Source: Yuukianura sp. NJ FZ-2021 (lineage: Eukaryota). Taken from it: a DNA stretch of 64,000 nucleotides. Shown here piece after piece: positions 39,826 through 51,572 of the stretch (position 1 is its first letter; each line of letters opens with the position of its first letter). The DNA is taken from NCBI GenBank assembly GCA_046563655.1, contig CM102283.1:2294001-2358000 (forward strand), written 5' to 3'. The position numbers and the translations under genes are program-made. A model generated the notes under the pieces. That model had not been told where the DNA came from. It searched no databases and saw only the letters and a program-made list of their open reading frames with translations.

Positions 39826-41854
39826 TTAGTAAAGAGGATTATGTTCGGACGTTTCAAAAGAATCTTTTGGTAAGATTTATTTTATCCTTTGCGCTAAAAT
39901 TTGGAAAAATGAGGTTTGACCTAATGCCTTTCTCTTCTGTTCTTGCGTTAGATGTTAGTTAGATGGAAGAAGACCGGCAACTGACAGAAAATCTTCAGAG
40001 ACGAAAGATCTTGTACTTTCTCCTTTGCTTCTGCTTTCTCTGCCTTCATCTCACAAGGGAATGCTGAGGTCCAAAGCGGAAGCTCAAACCCTCTTATCAA
40101 AATTTGGAATTCCTTCTGCAAAGTTTCCTAAAGCTCCCCCGATCAAAGAATTTCCAATTTTTTTTACTTAAAAAAGCAAACAAAATCACCTTGACAATTT
40201 TATCTCCCCGATGTTATTCAAAATGCTGTTCAATTTATAACTATAAAATGCGAATGGAGGGAGAATATGTTTGTTCAAGTCGTTTGAAAAAATTTCAAAC
40301 GCTGATAAATAGTCGTTTATAAACAAAATTTCAAAATTTCCTGCTGTTTCAAAAGTAAAAAAAAGGTTTTTTTTTGGGAAGGGCTTATTTGAACCATTTT
40401 TTCGAAAACTGGATTTCAAAAACATGTCATGTTTTTGATTTCTGAAATTTTAAATTATTGATAATACTTCGGATAATGATTCTCTAATTTTGCCTTTAAT
40501 AATGCATTAACATCTAGGCGATTAAATATGTCGACGACTGAAGTTATTTTAACAAAGAGAACAGAAGAATTTATTAAACAATTTATAATTTATTAAAAAA
40601 CAGAGTTAGAAGTAATTCAAAAGTGAAAGGTGAATAAAGGTCAGTTGTTGTGTTTCTATTGGAAAAGTGGAATTGCTTAGTAATTAGTTGCTTCCTCCAG
40701 AATTCTTGGTGAATAATTTGCTAGAACATCAATTCATTCAAAATTAGATTAGGTAAATGAGTTTCACAAGGAGTTACGGTGAGAGAACTAACCGAATTAC
40801 AACTCAGATGAATTTAAAAAAAATTTGGCAAAAGTTTTTGGAACAGAATCTCCTTCGGAGAGAAGCTTAATTAACCATTAGCATCCCAACGCAGAAAATC
40901 AGAAGTTGTTTAAGCAAAATGATGAATGTTTGGCAAACTTGGCATTACTAATTGAAAAGTTTTAGAAAGTAGCACCACACCAAAATGTGGTTGAAGTAAC
41001 CAAAATGTTTCTGAAAAATGAACAATGACATTTAATAATTAGTGTCCGACAATGTCTAGTGAAGAACAATTGACAAAAATTGGCATCCATCGTGTTTATA
41101 AAAAGTCCAGGATTCATTATCAACTGTACAAGGTCAATCAATTTCCAAACGTACCGGTTGCTCAAAAAATTACAAAGATGAAAAGTATTTTTTTGATTTT
41201 GAAAACGTATATTGGAACGAAGTTGATTTAAACGTACTACCAGGAAACGTCAAAGGTAAATGTATTCCGAGAACTCGCAAATTAGTTCAGATTTTGGTTC
41301 ATTTCCAATTTACGTTCGAACGCTTTTCCTAATGCGAATTAGAATAAGAATGGCAGCATTTTTTTCCGAAAAGAAAAGTACAAACGAATTTTGAGAAAAA
41401 AGTTAGAGAATTCGACTAATAAAAGTAAACCGAAGAAAGAGAGGCTCAGAAAAATGAAATCTGAAAGCGGTTTTACTTTCTTTCTTAGAAAGTGTCTTTT
41501 CTATTGTCAAAATGAAGCTTTTTATAATGGAAACGACAATGGATATGTTTTTGGAACTGAACGGATACAATGAAACCAATTTCCTTCAGCGAGTTACTCC
41601 AGTTCAAACGTATGGAAAGTAATGTTTTGTTGTAGATTAATTAAAAAAATGTAAAAGAAAAATTTATACCACATTTATGTTTCAAAAAATGAAACACGAA
41701 CCAAAAAGTTTCTTCGTTTTTCAAATCTTCTGTCTGGGAAAATGTGGGAAAACAAGACAAAATTTTTTCAAAACCAAAAAAAAGCTCAGAGCCTGAAGAA
41801 TTTTTCAATTCAATGTAGAAATACAACCGAATTTTCGTTTCGAAATTTTTAGTG

Positions 41855-43280
41855 ATGAAATTTTTTAGTAGTTTGCGTGTATTACTCAGGTAAGGCGAAA
41901 GATAATTTTTTTTAATTCTTTTTTAATACTGGTGTTACTACACTTGTTGATTTTTTTTTTGAATTTTGAAAACCTTGAAGTGTTTGACTAACATTTGAAT
42001 TTGTTTTGCTTTCTAGGCATGGTGTGGATGTGAACCCTGCGGCGCAGAATGCGTTATCGGTTGTACGTAGACGCATGTTTGGCTCCACCCCTACTCAACA
42101 GATACATTCTTCTAAAGATGGTGGTGAAGATGTACTGATTACTGTTGAAAACGGAATCAGAACTATCAAATTCAATCGACCACAGAAGAAGAATGCCATC
42201 ACGAGACATGTACGTGAAAACATAACTCAAAGGAATGTGAACTCATCAATTAACGGTGGGATTCACTAATCAGCTGATTGCTTATTTTGCTCGATTAGAT
42301 GGCAGAAACAATTATTTCTTCACTGCAAGAGAGTAACACTGACGATTCTACCAATCTGGTGGTAATTACCGGCGAAGGTGACTACTTTACCAGTGGAATT
42401 GACCTTAGCAGTAGTCCTCCTCCGAAGTTACCCGAAGGTCAAGAGGTCGCGCAACCCACCAAACGCAAAACATTGTACACAACTTATCCTAACTATGTGA
42501 CAAGAACGTTTACTGACGTTGCGACATCAGTAAACGTCATCACGTCACAGAACGGCTAAAATTCTAACCAGGAATTTTAGTCCTTCTACCGTTGTATAAC
42601 GTTAATGTTGCTGTTTTTCAGGAAGTTCGTCACGACGTTAATCGATGTGCGGAAACCACTGATTGCATTGGTGAATGGGCCTGCGCATGGCATAGGTGTT
42701 ACTATGCTTGGCCTCTGTGATGCTGTCTATTGTTCTGATCAGGTTAGGTTAAGGTAGTACTTCCTGAACAATTATTTCTGAAATTGCGAAATAGTTTTTT
42801 GATTTATAGGCCACTTTTACTACGAACTTTACAAGATTTGGATTACCTCCAGAATGTTGTTCAACATACACATTTCCGAAGATCATGGGCTACCCCAAAG
42901 CCAACGAACTCTTGATATTTTGTAACAAGTTGACAGCATCTGATGCTCTGACGACAGGACTTGTAAGTCATGTATTTCCGCATGACCACTTCCAACAGCT
43001 CACCAGCAAAAAGCTTCTGGAAATGGCTTCTTTCAGTGCAAATGTAATTTTCTTTTTCTAAAATTTTAAAAACTGATAAGAATTCTTAAAAAAACGAGTT
43101 CTTATTCTGCAGTCAATGCTGTACACCAAGGAGTTGGTCCGCGGTCGTGAGAAAGAATTGCTGAATCTAGTACATCGAGCAGAGCAAGAAAAATTTGACG
43201 TCCAAGCAGCCCTACTTGTAAAACGTAACTTCGAAAAACGCACAAGCAATATGAGTACAGTGGAAACGACTAATCCATAA
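41855..43280 (+). CDS. ECI2: Enoyl-CoA delta isomerase 2-like crotonase without an ACBP domain; join(41855..41889,42017..42209,42299..42474,42622..42742,42810..43043,43113..43280)
   Basis: [57 protein letters not shown] and [14 protein letters not shown]. Arg-rich N-terminus resembles a mitochondrial presequence. The exon 3 donor is uncertain. Confidence 0.88.
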
Positions 43281-43363
43281 TTTAAATAATTTTGATACAT
43301 TTAATTAAATTATTACTGTAATCGAAATGACTTTTTCTTATAATCTTCGGCTCATCGTAGGAG

Positions 43364-44449
43364 TTAGGCCTCATCTGGATTTGATTCGAAGAATAAAGAA
43401 GGAAACCAGTACAACGTGTGGCCATTGTGAACCTCAATCCAAATGATACTCTCTCGAATTAGTTTGTCAATGGCTGCTTTTGCCCGTGGTCTCGCCCATC
43501 CTGCCCATCCATAAAAATTAACGTTAATCACAGCTACATAAGTAAGCCAATCAAAATAGTGTGAAAATACCAAGTTTCTCCTCCAAGTCATGAATCCGGA
43601 TGTAAGGATGGGCTGCTTCCGAGGCGAGTCTCAAAACATGCGTGCTATCTTCACTCAATTCTTCCGGAACGCAATACACAAGAGATTCTTCCAGTGGCCT
43701 CTTCGGTCCAGCTTCGACGATTCCACAACCTTCGCCAAATGCTTTCAATGACTTGATGGCTCTTTTGATATCCTTACTAAAGTACAAGTAAAAGACAGCT
43801 CTTCTATTTTAGAAATTAGAGTACAGTAGAAGTGTACTGTGCTTCCTCAATCTTAAACCTACCATGACACTGCAGCATCCTTGAGCGCTGCATTCTGACT
43901 CCTTGATTTGCTGAGACGTTTCTGCAGAACACCTAGACTCATGACACCACCGTTGATGGGCGAAGCTAAGATGATCTCCAGTGCTTGAATTGACACATCA
44001 TAGTAAAATGTACCCATCCCAACCATTTCAGACCAAAATCCTATAACGTTCAAATCAACATCTTCAAGATAGTGTTCTAGATGTCTAGAGTCACATTTCT
44101 GCTCATTAACTGACCTTTAGAAGAAGCTAGCGGGTCAACTCCTATCGTACCACACATGTCTTGAAAATGTTCACGGAATTCTGGATCCTTGGCTATGTCT
44201 TGCCGATGCTTTACAGCAAATTCACTCAACTTGGACTCAAATTCCTTCAGCTGTTTAGCCAACTGCAAAGAAATGATACCGATTAATGATTATCCAATCC
44301 CCTTACTATTAATATACAGCGATTTGTCAAACCATGTGATAAATTACCTGCTTTGACTTCTCTTGAAGTAGCTCCGACTGTTTCGTTTTAAATTTTTCAG
44401 TTGCTTCCTTCTTAGCATGTACAGCCTTCACTCCCACATGTCGCCGCAT
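43364..44449 (-). CDS. SNF8: ESCRT-II subunit SNF8/VPS22; complement(join(43364..43500,43571..43776,43863..44040,44115..44262,44348..44449))
   Basis: [62 protein letters not shown] and LYWFPSLF. Confidence 0.93.
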
Positions 44450-44561
44450 TGGTCCTATGCCCAATTAATGCTTAACAATTATTAATCACAAACCAATGAA
44501 TCAATCGCTCATAAAAACAAATGATAAACATAAAACTGAAAAAAAAGGTTAAATATTTTTT

Positions 44562-44800
44562 GGGTGAAGTAAGGATTAAGGACAGTCACTGTACCGCATA
44601 GTGTAGCTACGACGGCCATCTCTTCTGGTTGCAATAAGTAGCTTCACCTTGGTGGCAACTTTTGTAGCCAGCTTTATCTAACGGACATCTTGGTGGCAAC
44701 ATCAGTTGCCGCAACGTGTAACCATCCATTGTAGCTACAACGCAACCAGATGGCTACACAGCGCGGCTACAATGATATTCGGGAAACCTTACCTCAGCCC
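44562..44800. mobile_element. 239-bp palindromic MITE immediately upstream of SNF8
   Basis: Imperfect inverted ends GGGTGAAGTAAGG...CCTTACCTCAGCCC. A related 239-bp copy lies at 63487-63725. Confidence 0.6.
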
Positions 44801-45333
44801 ATTTTGCGTCAAGTTAAAATTGTCTAGTTTCCCGCTGTTTGTGTTTCGTATGAAAATTGAGCCACACTAATCCTCTGAATCTTCTGAGAACTTAAGAGAC
44901 ACAAAAAGACGCCTACCATCTACCAAGCATTGGCCATGATTTTAGTTTTAGTAAAACATTACACTATTATTTATTAAATATTAAAATATTAAATTGAATT
45001 AAATTGAAATATTAAAATATTATAATTCAATACAAATTATGTATACTACCACTAACGCCGAACTAAGCAGACTTGCGGCCTACACTTCCAAGCAAACGTT
45101 TTATTAAGCACTAAATTTCTGGGCATGTAATGGTAAAAGTCGTTTCTGGTGAAAGAATGCGTTTACGTGTTCGTGTTGCAGGATTGCTGTAAAGTTATGC
45201 AAAAAACGTAGTCAAGGACATGGACAGGGACAGAATCTGTGATCCCGATCTGTATCTGCAGAGATGAGTTTACTATGCTTAGGAATAACAATGGAGTTAC
45301 TGTCAAAGATCAGTAGGAAAAGGTAGATGGTGA

Positions 45334-45996
45334 GGTTGCATGCCATTGGTGCGAATGAATTGGTTCGAGGCGCAATGGTGCGAATGAATTGGTGCGAAAC
45401 CAATTGTGCGAATGCTGCATAGGTGCGAAAGAGCATAAATGCGAAACCAATTGGTGCGAAAGATTAATTTGTACGAAAGATTATTTGCCTTATATTCGGT
45501 AAAACGGCGCTGCAATTTTTACAAATAAAAAATCCTTTGAAATCAATCTTTAAGCGTGAGGACCAACAGAAATTAATAAATTATTGTTATTATGCTAACC
45601 AAACCTAACGCGCGCCTTCGGCGCGGAGATTTTAACAAAGAACAATATTAGGTATAGGTTATACTTGAGATCCTCATTCCGCATGTGAAAGTCACATTGT
45701 TAATTACAATGTGACGTAGAGTCTTAATTAATCAATGCTACACAGAAAGAGGTGTGACCGCCAAAAACGGATTTCAGATTCGGAATCTGAAAACTGATAT
45801 TAAAACAAGTTTTTATTCGTAAAAATCGCAGCTCCGTTTTACCGAATATAAGGCAAATAATCCTTCGTACCAATTAATCTTTCGCACCAATTGGTTTCAC
45901 ACTTATGCACTTTCGCACCAATAAACCATTCGCACCAATGCAGCATTCGAATCAATTGGTTTCGCACCAATTCATTCGCACCAATGGCGTGCTACC
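45334..45996. mobile_element. Foldback MITE with TGGTGCGAA subterminal arrays
   Basis: Ends GGTTGCATGCCATTG...CAATGGCGTGCTACC. Near-identical to 52678-53422. The flanks share only GGTGA. Confidence 0.88.
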
Positions 45997-46543
45997 GGTG
46001 AGGATAATTTAGCAAAGATTAATGCATAGTTAGGTTTGGGGAAATATGCATGATAAAAACTAAACGAGTTTTGGGAGATTCATCAAACCAAAATGGGAAC
46101 ATTCGAATGTCATTAACTCAGAATTGTACAAGATACTTCAACAAATACCAAAAACGAGTTAGTGTAGCGAATTGTTAAGTTCACAATTATAACATAAGCA
46201 TAACATAAACATTGGCTTAAACTTAAGTGCTGCTTACCTCGTCTTTCTAAGCAAACAAACTGATTAGGTGGATGAGAAACTTGCCGGATTGTGCTAAGCT
46301 CTCACTAAGCTGGGTTTAGCAAATATTTAATTAGTAATTGAAGTGAGGTTAAATTTTTATATCAAAACTTTACAGGTTTCTCAAGGTTCACTTCAAACTA
46401 AAAAATTTTCTTCCACATTAGGCTAAGTGCTAAAACTTTATTCAAATTTCCACAACGCGAACGTTGATTTTTGCACAGTAAAGTTTTCTAACAGTGCACA
46501 TATTTGAGTCGCAGTTTCAATTTTTAAAATTTACCGCCACTAA

Positions 46544-48185
46544 ATGGAGTCTGAACAGAAGACGAACGTTTGTCAAATGCCGACGAAATGGAAGTGGATC
46601 CTTTCTGGAGTCATTTGGTACTGCACATTCTCTCTGGTAAGGAAAATGTTTGCGCATGTGTAAACTCATTTACGTTACAAATGCTGCCCATATCTATAAA
46701 AGCATTTCGCACATGAGCAAAATGCCTCAAGTACGTTACTATACGCAAGATCTGTGCTAAAATCGTCTGAATTTTGAAACAGGGTCTTGGAGTGGGATTT
46801 ATTGGATCATCGTTGATCGAATTGAGCAAAAAATTTGGCACGGACATTCCAACGTTATCGAGAGCCTTCACTGTACTCACGTTTTCATTCCTCCTTGGCG
46901 CCATTATCTGTAAGTTAATTAAAACACCATTAAATTTTGAATCGGAATTCAAATTTGCCTCCATTTTTTATTTTGAAATTTCAAAGGTGGAGTGGCATTT
47001 AACTATGTAAACCGTCAAATAGCCTCAGGTCTTCTGCTGCTGTTGATGGGTGCCGGTACCATTTTGATGCCGCTGGTACCGACGGTACCGTTGTTCTTTT
47101 TAACAGCGGGAATCGTGGGATTCGGCGGTGCTGGATACGATACGGCTCAAATCGTCTGGATCATTGAAATGTGGGAAGCTCATGCACCGCCGTACATTCA
47201 AACGCAACATTTCAGCTACGCCGTTGGTACCGTCGTGAGTCCACTGCTCGTCAAATCGTTTTTGCCGCCAGAGGAAAAGGACGACTCGGATTTAATTTTT
47301 CTCGAACAAAACAAACTTGCTTCTGCGCAGAACAATACTTCTGAAGCTTCTGCGCAGCTCGACACTCTACTGTACACAAGTACTTCACCAGCATCCGGGC
47401 AATTACCTTACTCACCAACCCTATATATTCCTTTTCTCATTGGTGGAATCGTGGCTATTGTGGGCGGAGCTATAATCCTCTTGCTCTACTGTATCAAAAA
47501 ATATGAAAAGCCGAAGCAAGTTGAGGGGTCAAAGGTCACCGAAAAGGTCAATGACCCCGGGAAGTCCCGCGGTTGCAACTTCCGCAAAATCGTGCTGATT
47601 CTACTTTCTGCCGTAGTGCTCGGCACCTACTGTGGCATGGAATACTGCACGTTCCAGTTTTTGCCATCATTTTCACACTTTCTGGACTTGAAACTGTCAC
47701 AACAAGATGGCGCTTTAGTGCTCTCTGGCCTAGCTTCAGCCTTTACCTTAGGCAGGTTAGTCGGTATCTTCATAGTACTTAAAGTTCCGCCAGAAATCCT
47801 GTTGCTAGGCAACAGTATACTCATATTAGGTGGCAACACTCTGTTGCTATGCTTCGCAAATACCTCTGCTCCTCTTCTCTGGGGTGGATCTCTGACGCTG
47901 GGTTTAGGCTTCTCTACAGTTTTTCCAGCTTTTTATGGCTTCATCGAGCGACATCTAAAAGTGTCCAATGTCGTGGGTGCTGCGATGATCGTGGCGGGAG
48001 GAGTCGTGTCAAGTTTGTATCCAATTGTGATTGGCTCTCAGATTGAAAAGAACCCACTAATTCTTATGTATACAAACTACTTCAGTTTGGTCATGTCCAT
48101 GAGTGCCTTTTTCATCATCTATGTCATGACTGAGGTCAAAGGTCATCGACCTCCAATAGAATTTGACCTCCAGAATGGAAAGTAA
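46544..48185 (+). CDS. Major facilitator superfamily transporter (MFSD4/NaGLT1-like); join(46544..46636,46783..46909,46987..48185)
   Basis: About 12 hydrophobic segments. GFGGAGYDTAQIVWIIEMW, QHFSYAVG, YCGME and AFTLGRLVG. Confidence 0.85.
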
Positions 48186-49405
48186 CCGGAGATAGCTGAG
48201 GTAGGTGTTGGCTTTTAAGCCTGTTTTTAGTCCCTATAATAGTTACTTTTGCGACAGTTAAAGTAAAAGGTACTTTGTTAATTAGAAAGGACGTCTCTAA
48301 TTTCTACGCCATTTTGGTTCGAACCAATTGTTTCTAAAGTAAAAGTTTCTAAAAATTGCTTCAACATTAACAGCTTTGAGCGTTTGGAAAAAAAAATTTT
48401 TTAGAATTTTTTGTTCTAAATTAGAATGTTCATTTTCTGAGGTAGGAAACGGCGTTTTTGCTGTGCAACAAAGGTTACCTTCTATCATGGTTAGAGTTTG
48501 GCACAAAAACTAATAAAAAAAAAAAAAAAAAAAAACTAATGAAATTTCGCCCAAAATTCAAAGTGAAAGTATTTCGGTATCTCGCTACGGAAAGTACCGC
48601 AAATTTCAGATCCATAAGCGGCGCTATTGTTGTTGCGAAATGCAAAGTTGCAGATTCACTGCGAAATGCATTAGAGCAACACAGCAAAGAGTTTTTTTCC
48701 TTCATATTTTGCAAACGCCAATTTCATAGACTATAGCTCTGTTTAAAATTCATCAAGGTCAAAGGGGTGAAAAACTTAACTTTGTTTGTTAAAAAGAATA
48801 GTTAGTGTTCATGTCTATGTGTTAGTAGTATTTTAGCACACATTGCTAACATGTTGTTAGACTTTATTCCGGCTAATCTTTTCGCAACATCATTCGGTTG
48901 CAATTACAATATTTTTTTTTACTTTCCGAGAAAATGTTGAGAAACTGTTCCAGTGAAAACTGAATTCCAAAATATACCGTCGAATTTGCAGGTCAAAGGT
49001 CAAATGAAAAAATCAGCAAAAGATTGGACAACATAAGGCAAGTGTTAAAGCTTTTTTAAATTAAAAAAATAAGCTTTTGCAAAGCTTTTTTTTTTAATGT
49101 AAACTAGATTCTATTATCCCAGTCCAGTCTAACCTATGATCGAGTGTATCACTTAACCTAAAACTTAACTTTTCTTGGAAAATGATAATAAATACTGACG
49201 TAAATGACTAATGTGTTGTTGATGATGAATTTTAATTTTTAGAGTTTTGTGCTTTTGCATGCAGCACCGTTCTATAAAAACCGCCTCCAGTGCCACAAGC
49301 CACTTCAGTGTCCAATGTCCCGTTGGCTCACTTTCGTTAATTGTTAATCGCAATTTACTAATTTCCGGTTTCTGCCTCACGCTACCCGTGGCAATTGCTG
49401 TCATC

Positions 49406-51003
49406 ATGTGGTGGTACTGGAATGTCATCGTTTCCTGCTTTCTGATTGGTCCACCAATTGAAGCCTATGAAATTACTGACCGGCCTTTCAGTCAACTGAT
49501 ACAAACTATTCCAATTGCACCACATTTTGAAAATTTGACACTGCACCATGACCTGTACGAGGGCATTGGCAATGGAAGTCTTCAAGTGGAAACTTTTAAA
49601 GCATTCTTACAACAGGATAGACTCTATGTCCAGAATTTATTTAAACTTTTTGAAATCGTCTCTTCCCGGGAAAACGATTCAGAACGAATCAAGTACTTGG
49701 AAAGGCTTGTCCAGGACAGAGGCGTTTGGGATGACCTGTTCGCAGAACTTTTCAGCGATTTCAGCGTTCCTCCAGCGAATCAAATGACTCCAGCCACACT
49801 TGGTAAGATGCAAACAGAAAAAAATAGACTCCTATAACTCAAAACTTTTTAAAACTCACCCAAATTCTCAAATTTTTTGAATTTTTAAAACTGTCGCATT
49901 TAGATTTCGCGGGAAAACCATACATACTTGCCAAGTACGACGACCTTGGAGTTGCGCTTGCGTCGCTCACAACCTGCTTTACACTTTGGCACAAAATCGG
50001 GCTCTACTGGAAATCTTTGAATCCGGAAATTCAGGGTTCAAATCCATACAAGAAATTTGTTCAAAAAGTAGCTGAGCAGGAAGCCACGCCTCCAGAATTT
50101 CTGACTTTTGTTGACGGTTACTATGCCAGGCTGAACGGCAGTAAACCAAAAGAACTGGCAGTGAAACAGCGCATGCTCGATGCCTATACTGAATCGATGG
50201 AATTGGAGTATCGATTCGCTTGTGAAATGCTGAAAGCTCGACCAATCAACGCCTCTACAGTGTTCACTGACACGACTCCTCTCATTCTTCCAGAAATCCA
50301 AAATCAAGTGATCAATCATCCTCTTTATACTGAAATTGCATTGGGAACTTTACCACTTGAAACGTACAAAGTCCTTATACAACAAGACTATTTGTACATG
50401 CGCGGATTCTACAAAGCATACGAGTACATGGAACGGAAAGAAGCGGATTTCAATTTAAAAACGCCACTGCGAAAGGACGGACAAGATTTTTACAATTTCT
50501 TTGAATCTGAATTCAAACATTTCAATTTTGGTCCAGCGTCGGCTACAGCTCCGTATGCCCTTGGTAAGAGTTCGGATTTTAAAACTTCAGTTTAAAAAAC
50601 CACACTTTTTCAAAAAAAAAAATTGGAAAAATACACTCGACAAAAATTTAACGTGATTTCAGAGTACTTGGAGCACGACATAAGGATTGGGCGTGACCGT
50701 CCGGTGGGAGAAGGCGTGGCGAGTACCTACCCATGTTACTTCCTGTGGTTTGAATTTGGCGCCAAAGTTAATGAAATTGCCGCCAAAATGCCGTTTCCCA
50801 ATCATCCCTACCAGACATTCCTGGATAGTGTTAAACCAAGTTACAACGAAGACAGTGTTGAAAAGGCCAAGAAAACGCTGAATCAATACTACAACTCAAG
50901 TTCATTGGAAGGAAAGTACCGAATACTGCAAGTCATTCGGCAGAGCATCTTTCATGAACTTGAATTTGCTAACGGAGTGTATGGACAACGATACCACTTT
51001 TGA
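49406..51003 (+). CDS. tenA: Signal-peptide-bearing tandem two-domain TenA (thiaminase II / TENA-THI4-PQQC family) protein, copy 1; join(49406..49802,49904..50563,50663..51003)
   Basis: Two repeats of the TenA N-terminal motif (HHDLYEGIGNGSLQVETFKAFLQQDRLY; HPLYTEIALGTLPLETYKVLIQQDYLY). Cys motifs TTCFTLW and YPCYFLW; NPY/HPY; ELEY/ELEF. N-terminus MWWYWNVIVSCFLIGPPIEA. Confidence 0.85.
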
Positions 51004-51572
51004 AGTTCCCGAAATGTCAACATTTGGAACTTTTGTTTGGAGTCATTTCATGAAAATATAAAATTGTGTGTGTAGAATTTTTTCTTTTTACTTTTTAGTT
51101 CGTATTTTTACGGTTAGACAGACAGACATACAGAGAAATGTCATTGCATAAAGTAGCTTTAAGTGCATAACAATTTTTTTTTATTAAAACTGATAAAAGC
51201 AATTTTTCCGTTGAATTTTATGCAACTAACTGAAGTCGTAATTCATGAACAAATCTTTCAACTTTCGTGTGTTATCGCTGAAAACCTTATAATATTTTTT
51301 TAGACTCATTTCTTGGAAAACGACAGTTAGTTGTGCAGCGTTTTGCTGGCAGTTATTTATAGCATTTTCGAATGAATTCTGAACGTAACTGTAATTCTAT
51401 AAAAAGAGTTTCCAGCGTCATGATGTTGTTCAGTGTCCAGAAAGCTTTCGTATTACTCAAAAAGAAATTCACAATACAATAATAATACCACACACACAAC
51501 AAATTTTTATACAAAAGTTTTACATTTTCATTTTGCATATTTTGCAGCTACTGCGTTGTTGGTGGTGCGAAG

